From NCBI GenBank assembly GCA_051362555.1, contig CM120640.1:43068788-43132787 (forward strand): DNA of 64,000 nt, read 5' to 3'. How positions within the stretch are numbered: position 1 is the first letter of the stretch; each line of letters begins with the position of its first letter. Below, piece after piece: positions 10,882 to 24,026 of the stretch. The notes under the pieces were generated by a model that did no database searches, had not been told where the DNA came from, and saw nothing but the letters and a program-made list of their open reading frames with translations. This stretch comes from Lingula anatina (taxonomy: Eukaryota; Animalia; Brachiopoda). A program made the translations under genes and the position numbers.

Positions 10882-13800
10882 CGCCGTTTATCGATGACAT
10901 CGGGTTATCGGAGTCCAAGGTGTTGAGGTCGTAATAATGTTAAGATCGCATGTCACATTTGATGTGATATTTTTATATGATAGGCAGCTATCACACCTCT
11001 GGAATTCTTGTAGACAATGCCGCTATCGTTTTGGCTATGACTCATGGAGACTGACACGAATTATTAACATTGTCAATTTGACAGAGCAATTTATATATTT
11101 TAAATATATCTTCAGGTGTATTCAGCATCTTTTTTTGTGACAGACAATTCAAATTTGTTCTACAAAGTATCTTCTTTGAAGTTTGTACATGTCTTAATAT
11201 ACGTGACAAACTATACAATCTGTTTTACATTCATTAGGATAATGACAAACTTGAGACGTATAGATTTCGTTACGTTAACAAGAATACTGTAGACATCATT
11301 ATGCCAAATGAATTGCACTTAATGTGGAAGAAAAAAATAACATTTTAAAAACCTTTCAGGTAACATATTTACATCTTTTTCTTTCTATCGAATATTCAAC
11401 TTGCTATCTCATAAATATTCGTTGGAAATGCGCGATTTTGTAGAGTCACAGACGATGCTTAAAGTAAACTGTGTGGTCAGATTAGATGGCTGTGACAATG
11501 CGGGGCTTTATTCACTTATTGGACTTCTCACGGGGCAACGACCATAATTTTGCAAAGGAAGACATGTTCAGATATGGGTAAGATTGAATGGAGATGACCT
11601 TTTAGCATTAAAGATGGAAAATTTTTTACTTGGCGTCATTTTTTAAACCTCAAATTGTACGAAGTGAAAAATACTCCATTACTTATGTAGATAAGAGACT
11701 AATGGACAGGGCATCCAGTAAGGTTGGTAGCTTTCTGACGGTCAGACAACCTTTTTGATTTTACGTATATTTACATATATCCTGGTGCATATATATTCGT
11801 GCAACCTCCCCGCAGTACTTTTTTTTACTGGTATGGTTATATTAACTAACTAGGCATACTGGACAAGTATATTTCACGCGTTAGCACACTAAATAGCAAT
11901 TAACCTTCGCAATTTGTTGACCTACCATTGATAAATTTGTCTATCATATGAGGCTAGCAAAAAGTTCTCAAAATATTTATAGAATTACAGATAATACTAC
12001 TGATTCTATTTTAAATTAAAATTTTCATTTGCAGGTGGGTGTGCTGAATACGTAAACTTAAACACAAGCGTCTAGTTCTAGTTCTGGGTGGGAAACTGTG
12101 ACACTGGTTACTTTTTAAAGTATAGAACCAACTACTAATATTTCTTACACTACTTCATAAAAGAGAATAGCACCAACATCACTGTTAAGATAGGAATCGC
12201 TTCACGGGACTGCAACCTGCAGAACAAGTGAACTAAATTGCGACAGGTTAAGTCACAACTATCACAATTTGTTACATACTCTATATCATGCAGTATTTTT
12301 TAAGTGTGGTTAACTGCACAGGAAAACATGAGTTCAAAGAGGTATTCGTGATTTAGTTTTAATACATCGATGCATGGAGACAAGTTATACCTGTGATAGC
12401 ATAGATGACTGCGACACCTTTATAGATGTATTTTCATTCTAGGTACCCTGTGCTAATATGCAAAGCTGCATGTGCGTTGCATTTTTTCCACGTAATCGAA
12501 TCACCATCTCTGTTCCATATTTGTATCATCGTGTGAATTATTTTTTGCAGTTCACTTTGCTTTAAGCTAAGCACAGACACGTACGTTGTGAACTTTTCGG
12601 TATCTTTTGGTCCTTGAAATAAATTAAATCCATGATACATGAGAATAACAAAAATATCAACTTCACCAAAACAGCGCATGCTTAAAAATAGCATTAGTAA
12701 AGGTAATATATAATTTGATACGATATCTATGATATTTTAATATTTTTAAACGACAAATTACAGAAAGAGCTTTATCTGGAAAAAAAAAGAAACTCATGCA
12801 AATTTAAGGAAAGGATCTTTTCTTATTGAGAAAACGATTAATTAGGATTTAATCTCTCAGATTACTACGAAAATCGATAACACCCAGTAGTTTTTCCAAT
12901 AATTTCGATTGTCCAGTGCACGTAGAGTTACGTCCATCGTGTGGTCAGTTAATTATCAGGATCGTGGCGACACGGCGCTCCTGTTAAGGGTGGACTACTG
13001 ACTGCTCTCACCTGCCTGGCAACCCAAGGGGAAGTTTACGCTTTTTAATCTGACCACCGAGATTAGTGTGTATACTCGCACCTGCGACAGGTCTGTCCTC
13101 TGAATGGTTCGAGTCACGTTTACACTAGACCAAATATGGATTGTTTTTTACATGCGCCTTGCATGCATCTGTTTGAAAAGTTTTTTTTGGCTGTGGAGTT
13201 AGTATTCACTTTTTTCCAGACACAAGTTGTCTGTTTTGGGAGATATGGTCAACGTTTTCTCTTATTGCCTAAACACACTTTTTATAAACCAGGATCTAGA
13301 ATGAAACGCTCCAGTTTGTACCTGTAAATGTCTCATGCTCTGGCAAGTTTTATGTCCGTTAAATGGGTCAAAGACAGTATTCCGGCAAATATTTAATTAA
13401 AAGATGTAAACCTCATCTGAAACGTTACGTTAAATGTAGAGGGTGTTCCTCGGTCGTGTCGACAGCACCTTTCTACAATCGGAAAACGTGATACAACTGT
13501 TGACATAACAGCCCGCTTACTTGCAAACAGGCAATGCTGTTCACTGTGTATTTTTCCAAGAATAGAAAAAGGAAGTGCAGTACTTATAAACACCGTAATC
13601 CATATTCCTCTTATATATCTTTGAGGCATGAAATCTGAATAAGAAAAATGTTGACTTGTGGAAAGCTGCATTTTGGACTTTCAAGCAGCAAGGTCATAGA
13701 AATACGTACTTCAAAAATTACACCTTACGTTATTAAATACGCTTCCGTTTCCTCAAAAAAAAAAAAAAAAAAAAAAATATTTATTTTAATTTCAGATTTT

Positions 13801-16800
13801 TGAATTACTCTCTTAACATTCATGAATATCCCTACTGCCTTATTTTGTGTTTAAAAGCGTGTGGAAAAGGGTAAGTGCCAGACTCAAGGTTAGATAGCAA
13901 AAGTCTGTAAAGTCGTCTACGTGCTATAATTTGAAATCTGGGATTAGAAATATCTTTCTTTGACCATTTGAATTGCTTTCCAATAGCGCTTACAATTCTT
14001 CCAGTAATCCATGTAATCTGCTACCAGTTTATGGTCGCTAATCTAGAGGTAAAAGGGGAGTTATTCACAAATAAAGATAAGCTGCAGTAGAAACTTTGTT
14101 ACAAACTTAAGTATTATAGGACAGTCTATCCAATGTACTACGTTCATTTCCTAACATTGGTATTGTGTCATTAATAATATATCTGCGGTGCAGGGGGTAT
14201 TTTTACAATACAGCTATAAAAGTGGCATAAAGCTATAGTAGTCTTAGCTTCTTACTTTATTAATTTCTCAAATTTTCTTTGACTCTGGTCTTGGTATAGA
14301 TAACTGTATGGTGTTGCAATATACGTAATATACATTGATCAACATAATGTCATTGATTAACACTTTCGTACACAAGAGTTCATTAAAATATTTTTGTCTC
14401 AATTTTTTTCGCCGGTGGAGGTGCATAGTATTTAAGAACAAAAATATTTCGTGCTAATCAAACGTGAACATCGGCAATTTCCATCGGCGCACGGTGAGGT
14501 GCTCTAATTTTTTCCTCCATGACATTTGGTGATCAAGATGTCGATCTCATAGTTGCCGCATTGGTTATTTGAAGTACATTTGTACGTGTATATGCATTTC
14601 TTTATGATACTTTCTACAACAAAAACTTTATCTTATTACCCCTCTCGCCTCTTATGGAGTTTTTGTTGGTGTAGAAATAGCATGCACACGCACTCGGGAA
14701 AACACACACATTTTTAACGCACGCACAACACATATTAATTCGCGCGCGCGCGCACATATGAAGAAAGGTGGAATGTATTACATTTCTTTACGTGTGGGTC
14801 TTCTCCTACGTGCTCATCCTACATACAGTTTATGTCCAATAGGCGGATGCTTGGTATACAAACATGTCATGGTGGACCTTATCTAGTCCAGTGAGGGAGT
14901 AACGTCCGTTATATGGGTAGGAAATAGCAATGTTTTTATTCAAAATGTGTACTGGAGACTCAAAACATATTTTCTATGACCTTGCTACTGGCGAAATGTA
15001 GTTTTAAATAAATCTTCAAAATGTTGGGTCTGGTTATTGCTGGTGCGGGGTAAAAAGTTAAGCGTGTTACACAGGATGGCGGATGTATAACATAGCCATA
15101 GATGAGCACCGTATCCCCGGTCATTCCTGTTGTCCTTTCCTGGAATGCACGCCCATGCATGCATCTGTGGCATTCGTGCGTCTCTAAACACACTACACCT
15201 ATGCGTTTTATTTTGTTGAGTCTGTGGATTACTCGGCCGAGGCCTTGTCCCATTGGAAGATAGCAAAGTTATCTAACTAATACCTACATCAGCGGACAAG
15301 AATGTAAACACCTGACGTAAACAAATGTACGGAATAAAACTGACATGTTTAATTGATCATAGATAACACGGGAGAGATTCACACTTGATGTACCAGAACA
15401 ACCTACATGTACCTACCAGCATAGCTCTACAACCTGTGCCACAAGTGTCACTGAATTAGGCGATCTCTCTTCACTGCCATACAGATCTAGACCTTCTCAA
15501 AAACTTGAGTGAAACTGGAGAGATTACTTGGGGGTTCACAGAGATTTGATTCACTGTAAGTATCATTATGTAAAAAATGTAATTATGCAGATTTTGAAAA
15601 GCGCTTAGAATTGCAGAATTTTAGGCCAGGACTAAGAAAAGGGTCGAAGTGCTATTTGGATGAATAGCATGCCCGTGAGGACAGCTGGTTTTGTGTGATC
15701 AAGGGGATTTGAAAGATTGATATTACATGCTGTTCCTGTGGAACGGTTTAAAATGAGCCCTTTGAATCCATCGTTAAAATAACAGCGTCATCAAGCTAAA
15801 TAAATTTATCATTGCAACGTATACACTGCGCCGTAATTTAATTGATATCATCAGCAGGGTTATGGCATCATATTGACAGGACCTATTACACCTTATCATA
15901 GAATTATCATTGAACCTTTGTCTATATTACCAGATATATCTTGTGCATGCAACATAATCTAAGCTTACGAAGAGTTTATCCAGGCAAAGTGATATGCTCC
16001 ACCTCTATTTCTCTCTCCTACTTTTGATCAAATTGGAGGAGCAATGAGAAAATTTGTATTTATTCACATATCAAGAAAAATATTGAGAAAAAAATAAAAT
16101 TAAAGATTTGGATTGTTTATTTTCATTTTTTAGATACACAATTGTTTTAGAGAAAGAATGTGGTCTGAAATGAAAGATTAAAAACACAATAACCAGCTGA
16201 CGGTAATCCAAATTAGCAAATTAGCTTTGATGAATAGGCTTATGCGTTATTAAACTTTGATCTAGAAGTCAAAGGTGTAGCTCCATCTTAGGTGACAGGT
16301 AACACAGAAATTAATCTGAGCAGCTCTTAGGATTAGCATAATATTATGCAAGCTGTTGTGTTCTTACCTAGTTCAAGAGACCCCAAAATAGCATGGCAGC
16401 ATAAATTAGCTATTTTAATAACTTGACCCCGGTCAGCACTCAGCGTACCTTTTCTATGTAATATATGTTGAGGCGTAGAATGCGTGAAATTGTTAATATA
16501 ACTTGCCCCATTCAAATACTGTTTACTTTCTTGTTATAAAACTGAATTCAAATTAAGAGGCTTTAGGGAGATTCTAATCTTCCTTCTATATCTCATATCA
16601 ACGTCATAACACAAAATATACATTTAAACCTGTTGAAATAGTTGTATATTCTGTATAAAGACGGGGTTGGCCCTGAATATTGACGCTTAACCCACAACTT
16701 AATGGTTTGATGTAAAAGGGGACACGGATAATCAAGGATACAATAGTAAATGTAAAAGCCAACATTTGAGGGAAAAAAAGTGTCGCTTTCGGGTCATCGT

Positions 16801-18526
16801 ATCTATTATGATATATGAGCCGCCTAAACCCTAGCCAATCCCTCCATCCCTGCCCCTTTCAAGTCCCCCGTCTCATTGACTGCCAGGCCACTGTTTCGGT
16901 GTCCCTTACCAAGCAGAGCGTAATACGCATTGTACTGCAGAGTGTATTTATTTAACAGAATATCAAGAGATCACGTTGTAACTATACCTCGTTTTCCACC
17001 CCTGGGTGCGCCTATTTTACGCGTATTTAACGGGTAACTAAGATGTAACAGAAATTGAAATGTAATACACGAGGAGCTCGCGTCAATGTGCCTCACCGTC
17101 TGTGTGTGAGTGCATGTTGTGCATGTATGCAGATCACAGGTCTTACAGCATAACGCCCTGGGGGATTTGCACGGAGCAGGTTTTCTTTTGTTTCATGCTC
17201 GTCACGTTAATGCAGCATTTCTTTCGGGGGGATATTATACTGTTAATTTCATCAAGCGCAACGACGCCGATATTATAATAAGAGCATTTTGCCAAAGTTC
17301 GCACCAGATACCAGGAGATCGCAGTAGCACACTTATTCGTGGGTAAACACGCTATCATTATTCTATGCGCGGGACAAGCGGCAGTGGCAAGACAAGGTTG
17401 TTCGCCGCTGTGCAGGGGCAGTATAAGAAGACTGGACGTTATTTTGTGCTAAAATGAAATTTATCATTGGTGATTTTTTAACAGTGAGAGATTACCTTGA
17501 CCCACACAGGAAAAAAAAATAGAATTACGATTGGTTAAGAGGCTTCGAACGTCAAGAAAAGTAGCACAATCATCTGGAGCACGCGATGTAAAATTGTGCA
17601 TACCGTTGTCTTCACACCATAGGACTTTCCGGTATTTTAGCGTTTTGTGGCGACGTCCCGCTCTGGCAACACTGGGGACAAAGGCCATGAAGTGCAATTT
17701 TTGAAGTAAGGCGGGGTAAACCCGCAGGACTTGAAGGACAAAGTTACTGTGTTAAGCAGTCTTCTGTGTAACAAACACGCATTGACTACCGTAACGGAAT
17801 ACGCACTTTCTACTCGCCAAAGAGGGATTGTCGTTGCGATTAATGCTGCATACGTAAGTAATTCGTTGGGTAGAAATTTGAGACTCCTTAATCTTAATTT
17901 GCCAAGCCAATTGCTGTGTATCAGTTTTATTTCGTGCACTTTCCTTCGTTGTCTTGATCACCAGAATTATAGATTGTCACATCAGATGCTGAGATCATCT
18001 GTCGTTTTCGAGGTCTCAATCACGAAATGTGCAAATGTGCTTCAACGGGTGGCGTATTTGTTGATCTCGATTGTTTACCGTGCCTCGGTACATAATCATT
18101 TGTTCCTGGCGCCGTCGAAATACCTAAAACATTCACGAGGGTTAGTTAAACGCAATTAATCACTTGAAATGATCTTGACCAGAGAACGCCGGTTTTAGGA
18201 GAATTCAGAACAAACTACTTAATGCAGCGGTTGGGTGTTTATTCAGCTCGTGCCAGTGTTGGAGGGTTTTCAGGAGGGGTCCTTAGCCCCAGCATCATCA
18301 TCACCTTAAGTCAAGATTAATTCAGGGATTTCCAAAAAGTAATCCGAAATTTTTGCCAGCAACGAAAAGAAATTTTGGACAGAAAAAGTGTGACAAAGTG
18401 GTGAATTTCACATGTTACTTATTTTCAAAATTAAAAAAGCGGGCGTGGAGTTCAACAAAAGTAAAATCTTGACCAGAATTACAGAGAGCAAGGAACAAGG
18501 TTTGTATTGACAGTCTGCCTATGTTA

Positions 18527-18539
18527 CGCCACCTGGTGG
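18527..18539 (-). promoter_or_regulatory. CTCF core-motif match upstream of the Ras-like gene
   Basis: CGCCACCTGGTGG on + equals CCACCAGGTGGCG on -, matching the CTCF core consensus; motif match only. Confidence 0.4.
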
Positions 18540-18929
18540 TTGGTTAATTGGGTAATCAAGAAAAAAATTAAAGTGCACCATTATCTAGATGCTTTTTATG
18601 TATATACAAGACAGTCAGAGCTACCGATTTAGTTTTGTTGATTATATAGTGCACGTTAGTATTCCCCTCAGTTTTTCAGCTAACGGCGAAGACTGCTGGT
18701 AACTATTAAATTTTACTCTGTTGCTATGGAGTGACTTACATAGAGTTTTGGCTGGTTTCATGATATCTGATTTAGATTAATGACGAACATGCATTTCCAC
18801 TCTTGTCCGTTTCCAGGGAGATAGCTATTTCTATGTCCGTTACTCCCGCAGTTTTGACTGTTCAGAAAAGTGGGATGCTCCCATGACATCATATGGGCTG
18901 TCCCTGTGATATACGACTTGGGAATATCA

Positions 18930-21900
18930 ATGAAAGTCACCCAGCAGACGACAACCAAAACCAAAATGTCCTCGCCTATTCTGAGGAAACTCTCGGGGTC
19001 CAACTCCAACAAGACAAGGACATTGCGGATCATCATATTGGGACAGGGAGCAGTGGGGAAGTCAGGTAAGTAAAATAATTTAAGTGAGATTCCTTAAATT
19101 TATCCAACTATCTCCTTAAGTAATTTTAGTACTTGCAGGCGTGTGTTACTCAGTGGTGAGCCAGCGCCAGCGTGCGTTTATATAATGCACATTTATTTCA
19201 TGAAATCTAGGAGTGGCGGGTCCTAGATTAAATACGTTTATGTTCCTAACGATATCTATGTCTAGGAATGAAAAAATTAATGTTTAATTTTTTTATTGCA
19301 TCTCACACATCTGGAAACACGCTGACATTAAATTCAACAAGTCCTTTAGTGTAAGTCATATGACATGTGGAGGCCTACTTGTTATATCGTAAAAGGTAAA
19401 TATATTTTCACATGACAAAAATGGCAGTCTCTAGGTGAGGAACTTTTTTCCCCTACTGTACCACATGTAGAAAAGCTCCGTATTTATTGGGCTCTTGGCT
19501 GAGGGCAGATTCCACTAAGTTTACAGTTTTCCCAGCGAAAATTGCAAGCACAGTTTTTGCAGGATTAAAGTGTATCGTGTTTTGTTTATCCAACTGTTAC
19601 ACGTAAAAAAAAACACATTAAATTGTCATGTCAGTGGACGTCATGGTGGCAAGTAAAAAATTAAGATTATAATTAACACCCTAATCTATTCAAAAACTAA
19701 ATATTGTCTTATGAATTATCAATGCATCAGGTAACATTTCATCGCAGTAATCAAGCAGCTAAACATGGGTGAATAGGACATGAAATGTTTATCAACTTCC
19801 CTCTTATTTAGGCCAGAGGCGGTTATTAAACCCTGATTGTGAGCAACCAGACGGTGACTTCTCCGCCACAGATCAGAATCAGGATTCTGATCCAGAATAA
19901 ACATCACGTTACTGACACTGAGGGCGGTGATGTTATACATCTCAAAGAAAAATCACCAATTTTGAGACATAAAATACATCGACATCGGCTATCTAGTCTG
20001 TATTGACGCCTGTTGTCGTGTGAAAACCACATTAAACCTTCATGTTCAGTGCGTTTACCAATCTAAGTGAATATAACTGACCTAGATGGTCGATGAGATG
20101 GTTCTATGATGGAGGTTTAGGAAAGATGGAGTGATTTTTTCTTAAAAGTAGAAATGGGGAAATGGTTCATAAAATCCCTTTTCAGTCTTCTTCCTGTCTC
20201 CATAAATGAATAAAGAAGATGTTGACAATGTTTAGGATGATTTCTATAGCCGTGTGCTCTTATATTTATCTTTATTTATTTTTTCCTTGAAAAAATATTC
20301 ACTCCCGTTATTATTGAAACCCTGTGCGCACTGCATTTTTGCAATTTTAAAAGCTTTTGGTTGCATCATACACTACCAATACCACTTAAACACTACAAAC
20401 AAATATATCCAGTCGTAGAATAAATGGTCTTTGGTATTTTCGCAATTTGCCAGGAAATGTTTAGTGGGTTTATTTCTGTGAAAGTCTAAGTTTAATAACG
20501 AAATTATCTGATACAAAGGCCATACATCGCCCGGCACAGCCCTGTGCCTCTCTGATTTCCAGACCAAATGCACTTTCGTTAGTGCAGAATAACAAATTGT
20601 GTTTCACAGGAAACAGACTGAACTCAAGAAATGTAGACTATACACTAATCTGTGAGAGTCTTGGTCGTAAAACTTACAGACAACATCCACCAAAAGTGAA
20701 TATGCACCTTTTTGTCTGATTATACTTTCTGATATCTATTTTATAGATAAATGTCCAAAATTTCAAGTTACCCAGTGCCCGCCTTGTTTACTTTTTGTTG
20801 TCAAATATCGTCAAGTACCATTTTAATACATGTAGTTCTTTTTATCTGTTTATAAAACAATACTTACGATATAGAACCCGTATTCGGCCTCGTAAGATGT
20901 ATATTTTGTGATACCAATAAAAGTAAGAGTGCACACGTAATAAAAGGCAGACAGAAGTAAAATTGGAAGATGTTCAAGTCAGGATAGATAGACGATTTAG
21001 ATTGCAGACATTCGGTAGATATTGCCGGAAGGATATACTGCAAAATAATTGGTGGAAGGCGCATTGATAAATTGCCTTGCATAAGATTGCTCGACTATTT
21101 ATCACATTTCAGATCCTAAAAACAAGTTTACAAAATAATAATAATAATAATAATAAATAAATAAAATAAAATAAAATAAAATAAAATAAAATAAAATAAA
21201 ATAAAATGAAATAAAATAAAATAAAATAAAATAAAATAAAATAAAATAGACAAGTACACACTAAGAATCTCGCCATTGAATAACATAATTACCAGCTAAC
21301 CAACTGAAACTTTACATATCTTCAGGATGGAACATACAGTTCTCAAAGCTAAAATACTGATCATTCCAAGTAAAAAATATCCTGCTCACTGCCAGATGAC
21401 ATAGTTTAATGGGCCACATATCAAGCACCGAAGACCGCTTTTGGAAGACTCTGAAATTCTTTTAGAGTAAAAAATCCGACTGGCAGCAAGCACTAGGGTG
21501 AAAGAGGCATTTTCAGGGCGTTCTAGATATCTAGATTAATAACCCCTCTTACGGCCAACATTCGATTGACGCAATTACTATGTTACATCACTTCTTGTAT
21601 CTAAAGTAGTTGATATAGCTGTCATTTGGACACTGTCTGCAAACACGGTTATCTTGTATACGAGGTGCATTGAGGTCCTCACAGTCGTACTTGGGTACCT
21701 TATTGCTACTTCCAACTATAGCTGAGCTGATAACTAAACCGACAATTCATTATATATTCTATGGTGCGCTTTTTTTTAAATTTCCATGTAAAATATAAGC
21801 TAAGTGTTTCAGGAAATGTACACTTTGGGAGAGGCATAAATGATAGGTTTATCTCAGGTCGCGGACTTATAGTTTGGCTATTTTTGTCATTAGAAGAGAA

Positions 21901-24026
21901 CAGTAATAGTATATGATTCCTAACCTTTTATTTGTGCTTCATTTTAACTTTCAGTCAAACACAAATAATTCTTCTATCATCATAAAAACAAACTTGTTCC
22001 CAGATTCATAGCATCATCAAAGTTCCGAAATATGTCTGTATAGTTTTTGAATGAGGACTCTCCATGGAAGACAATATTAATTTACCACTTCATACTTTAT
22101 ATTTCAGCTTTAACTGTCCGCTATATCACACGCAAGTTTATAGGCGACTACGACCCGACACTAGGTAAATTGAAATAACTTCTTAGGTCTCTTTGTCGTG
22201 CCGACTCTGATTTTTAGATACAATGCGTGACGCAAATCTCTTTTATACATTTACATACAGTGCGTGTATTGAGAACTGATTTCTCCAACACATTTGTCTA
22301 TTTTTAGTTTAAATTCTGTGAGACTGATATACTGTATATATATATATATATAGCTGAGACTGATATAATATTTGTTCAGTTTTGATATATACACAAATAT
22401 CACAAATCATGAGTACTCAGTTATTGTGTTTTGTCGAATGAAGAAATGACATGGAAATAAATTGGCAAAAACCCATTATTTGAGGCAGACTCAGAGAAAA
22501 TGTCCTAAATACCAAAAAATATAAAATACCTAATTAATTTATGAATCATACAAAGATATAATCTTGCAATTGCTCATATCGGTTCGGTTATTGGATATAG
22601 CCTATATTCTTTTTCTTTTAGAACAAGTGTACAGTTTCCAGACGGTGGTGGACAATGACCACGTGATGTTTGAAATATTGGATACTGCTGGACAGGTAAA
22701 TATATGGATAATGATTGTGAAGCAAGACAAAATATACCAATACAAGATGCTCATGGTACTGCCACAGTTGAGGCATTAATATTTCTACCTTAAACAAACA
22801 GAAATAACTGGCAGACGAATAGTGAAAAGGGACTAAAACTAGACACGAATTGCAGGCATTGGCGTCATTTAAATTCTCTAGTGAAAACCCGTGGAACATT
22901 TTGTTTTCCACTGTTGACACAAAAAGTGCCCTGAGAAAACTAGGTCTGACCCAGGGCCAATGGTATCCAAACATCGCCTACTGAAAAGCACAGCAGCAAT
23001 AAACTGTCTACTGGGAAAGGTTTCTTTTTCGTGATTCATAAGCCAAGAGAAACATATAGGGGTTCACCTCTTGGTGCCAGAATCCAATATTGCTTGTGAA
23101 AGGCTAAGGTTAAAAAGCACTTCTGGTATTTGATTGAAAATATCAGTAACAGTCGCTAAACGTTTCAACACATAGGTAATCTCTCTGGTCAGGATAGCAC
23201 GTCCACTACCGTGTTTAGGTTCAGTAAAATATTGTGTTAGAGATGACGAAAGGAATTTTTAAACACAATGCTCATTTGTCAAGAACACAAAGTACAGTGT
23301 AGTAGGACTAATCCTTAGGGCATCAAAGGTATTAACATCAACCTTCTTCCATTTCAGGACGAAGAGCATATGAAACTTGAGGAAAATATTCGTTGGGCAG
23401 ACGGTTTTATTCTAATGTACTCCATAACAGACCGGGTCAGCTTCGAGGAATGTGCAAGAATGAAATTTCTTATTAACTTTAGTAAGCGTCAGAGGAAAGT
23501 TAGCACTGGGGCTCTTGCTCAGAGTCGAGACCTTCCTGTCGTTTTAGTGGGAAATAAAAGTGACCTTACTTTTGAAAGAATGGTGAGTTTTGAAGAAGGT
23601 GAAAAATTCAGTTTCGAAATCGGATGTACAAACTTCCATGAAATATCTGTCAGGGAATCTTATGAAAGTGTCAGATGTGTTTTTGAAAATTTGTATCGTG
23701 ACTGGAAGAGTTTACGAAAAAGCCCCGGCTCTCTTCGCCGACATCTCCCGTCGGTTACATCTCGACCACGCGAGAGGGCAGCGACGGTGTCGTCCTCTAG
23801 TAGTGAGGACTTTGATATAGGGGTTTCCCAGTTTAAGGCTCGCAGGGGAGCGATGACTGGAACTGTGCCGCAGACGACAGATGTTGTGAATGGCGGGAAC
23901 GGAATTGTGAAAAATAACTCTATTTCCAGGAGGTTTTATAATCGAGTTTTTAGGAAAGATAGTTTTCTGCAACTTCAAGAAGATGCTTTGGAGAGCTCTG
24001 CAAACTCAACGTCCTCTGATGAATGA
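18930..24026 (+). CDS. RERG: Ras-family small GTPase, RERG/RasL11/RasL12-like, 4 coding exons (~311 aa; 299 aa from alternative ATG 18966)
   Basis: Exons 18930-19065 (..LRIIILGQGAVGKS, G1), 22108-22164 (ALTVRYITRKFIGDYDPTL, G2), 22622-22695 (..FEILDTAGQ, G3) and 23358-24026 (IRWADGFILMYSITDR..VLVGNKSDL G4, EISV G5). Introns GT-AG, phases 1,1,0. IRWADG and the absent CAAX fit the RERG/RasL11 subfamily; the symbol is family-level only. Confidence 0.92.
21133..21248 (+). repeat. (TAA)n/(TAAAA)n microsatellite
   Basis: Read directly; lies in intron 1 of the Ras-like gene. Confidence 0.95.

Noticed and set aside
13095-13120. GGTTCGAGTC B-box-like motif suggesting a tRNA or SINE
   Set aside because: No cloverleaf or correctly spaced A-box could be built.
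17100-18160. Cluster of 70-142 aa ORFs on both strands
   Set aside because: No recognisable motifs or coherent splice structure; more likely regulatory or 5'UTR sequence of the Ras-like gene.
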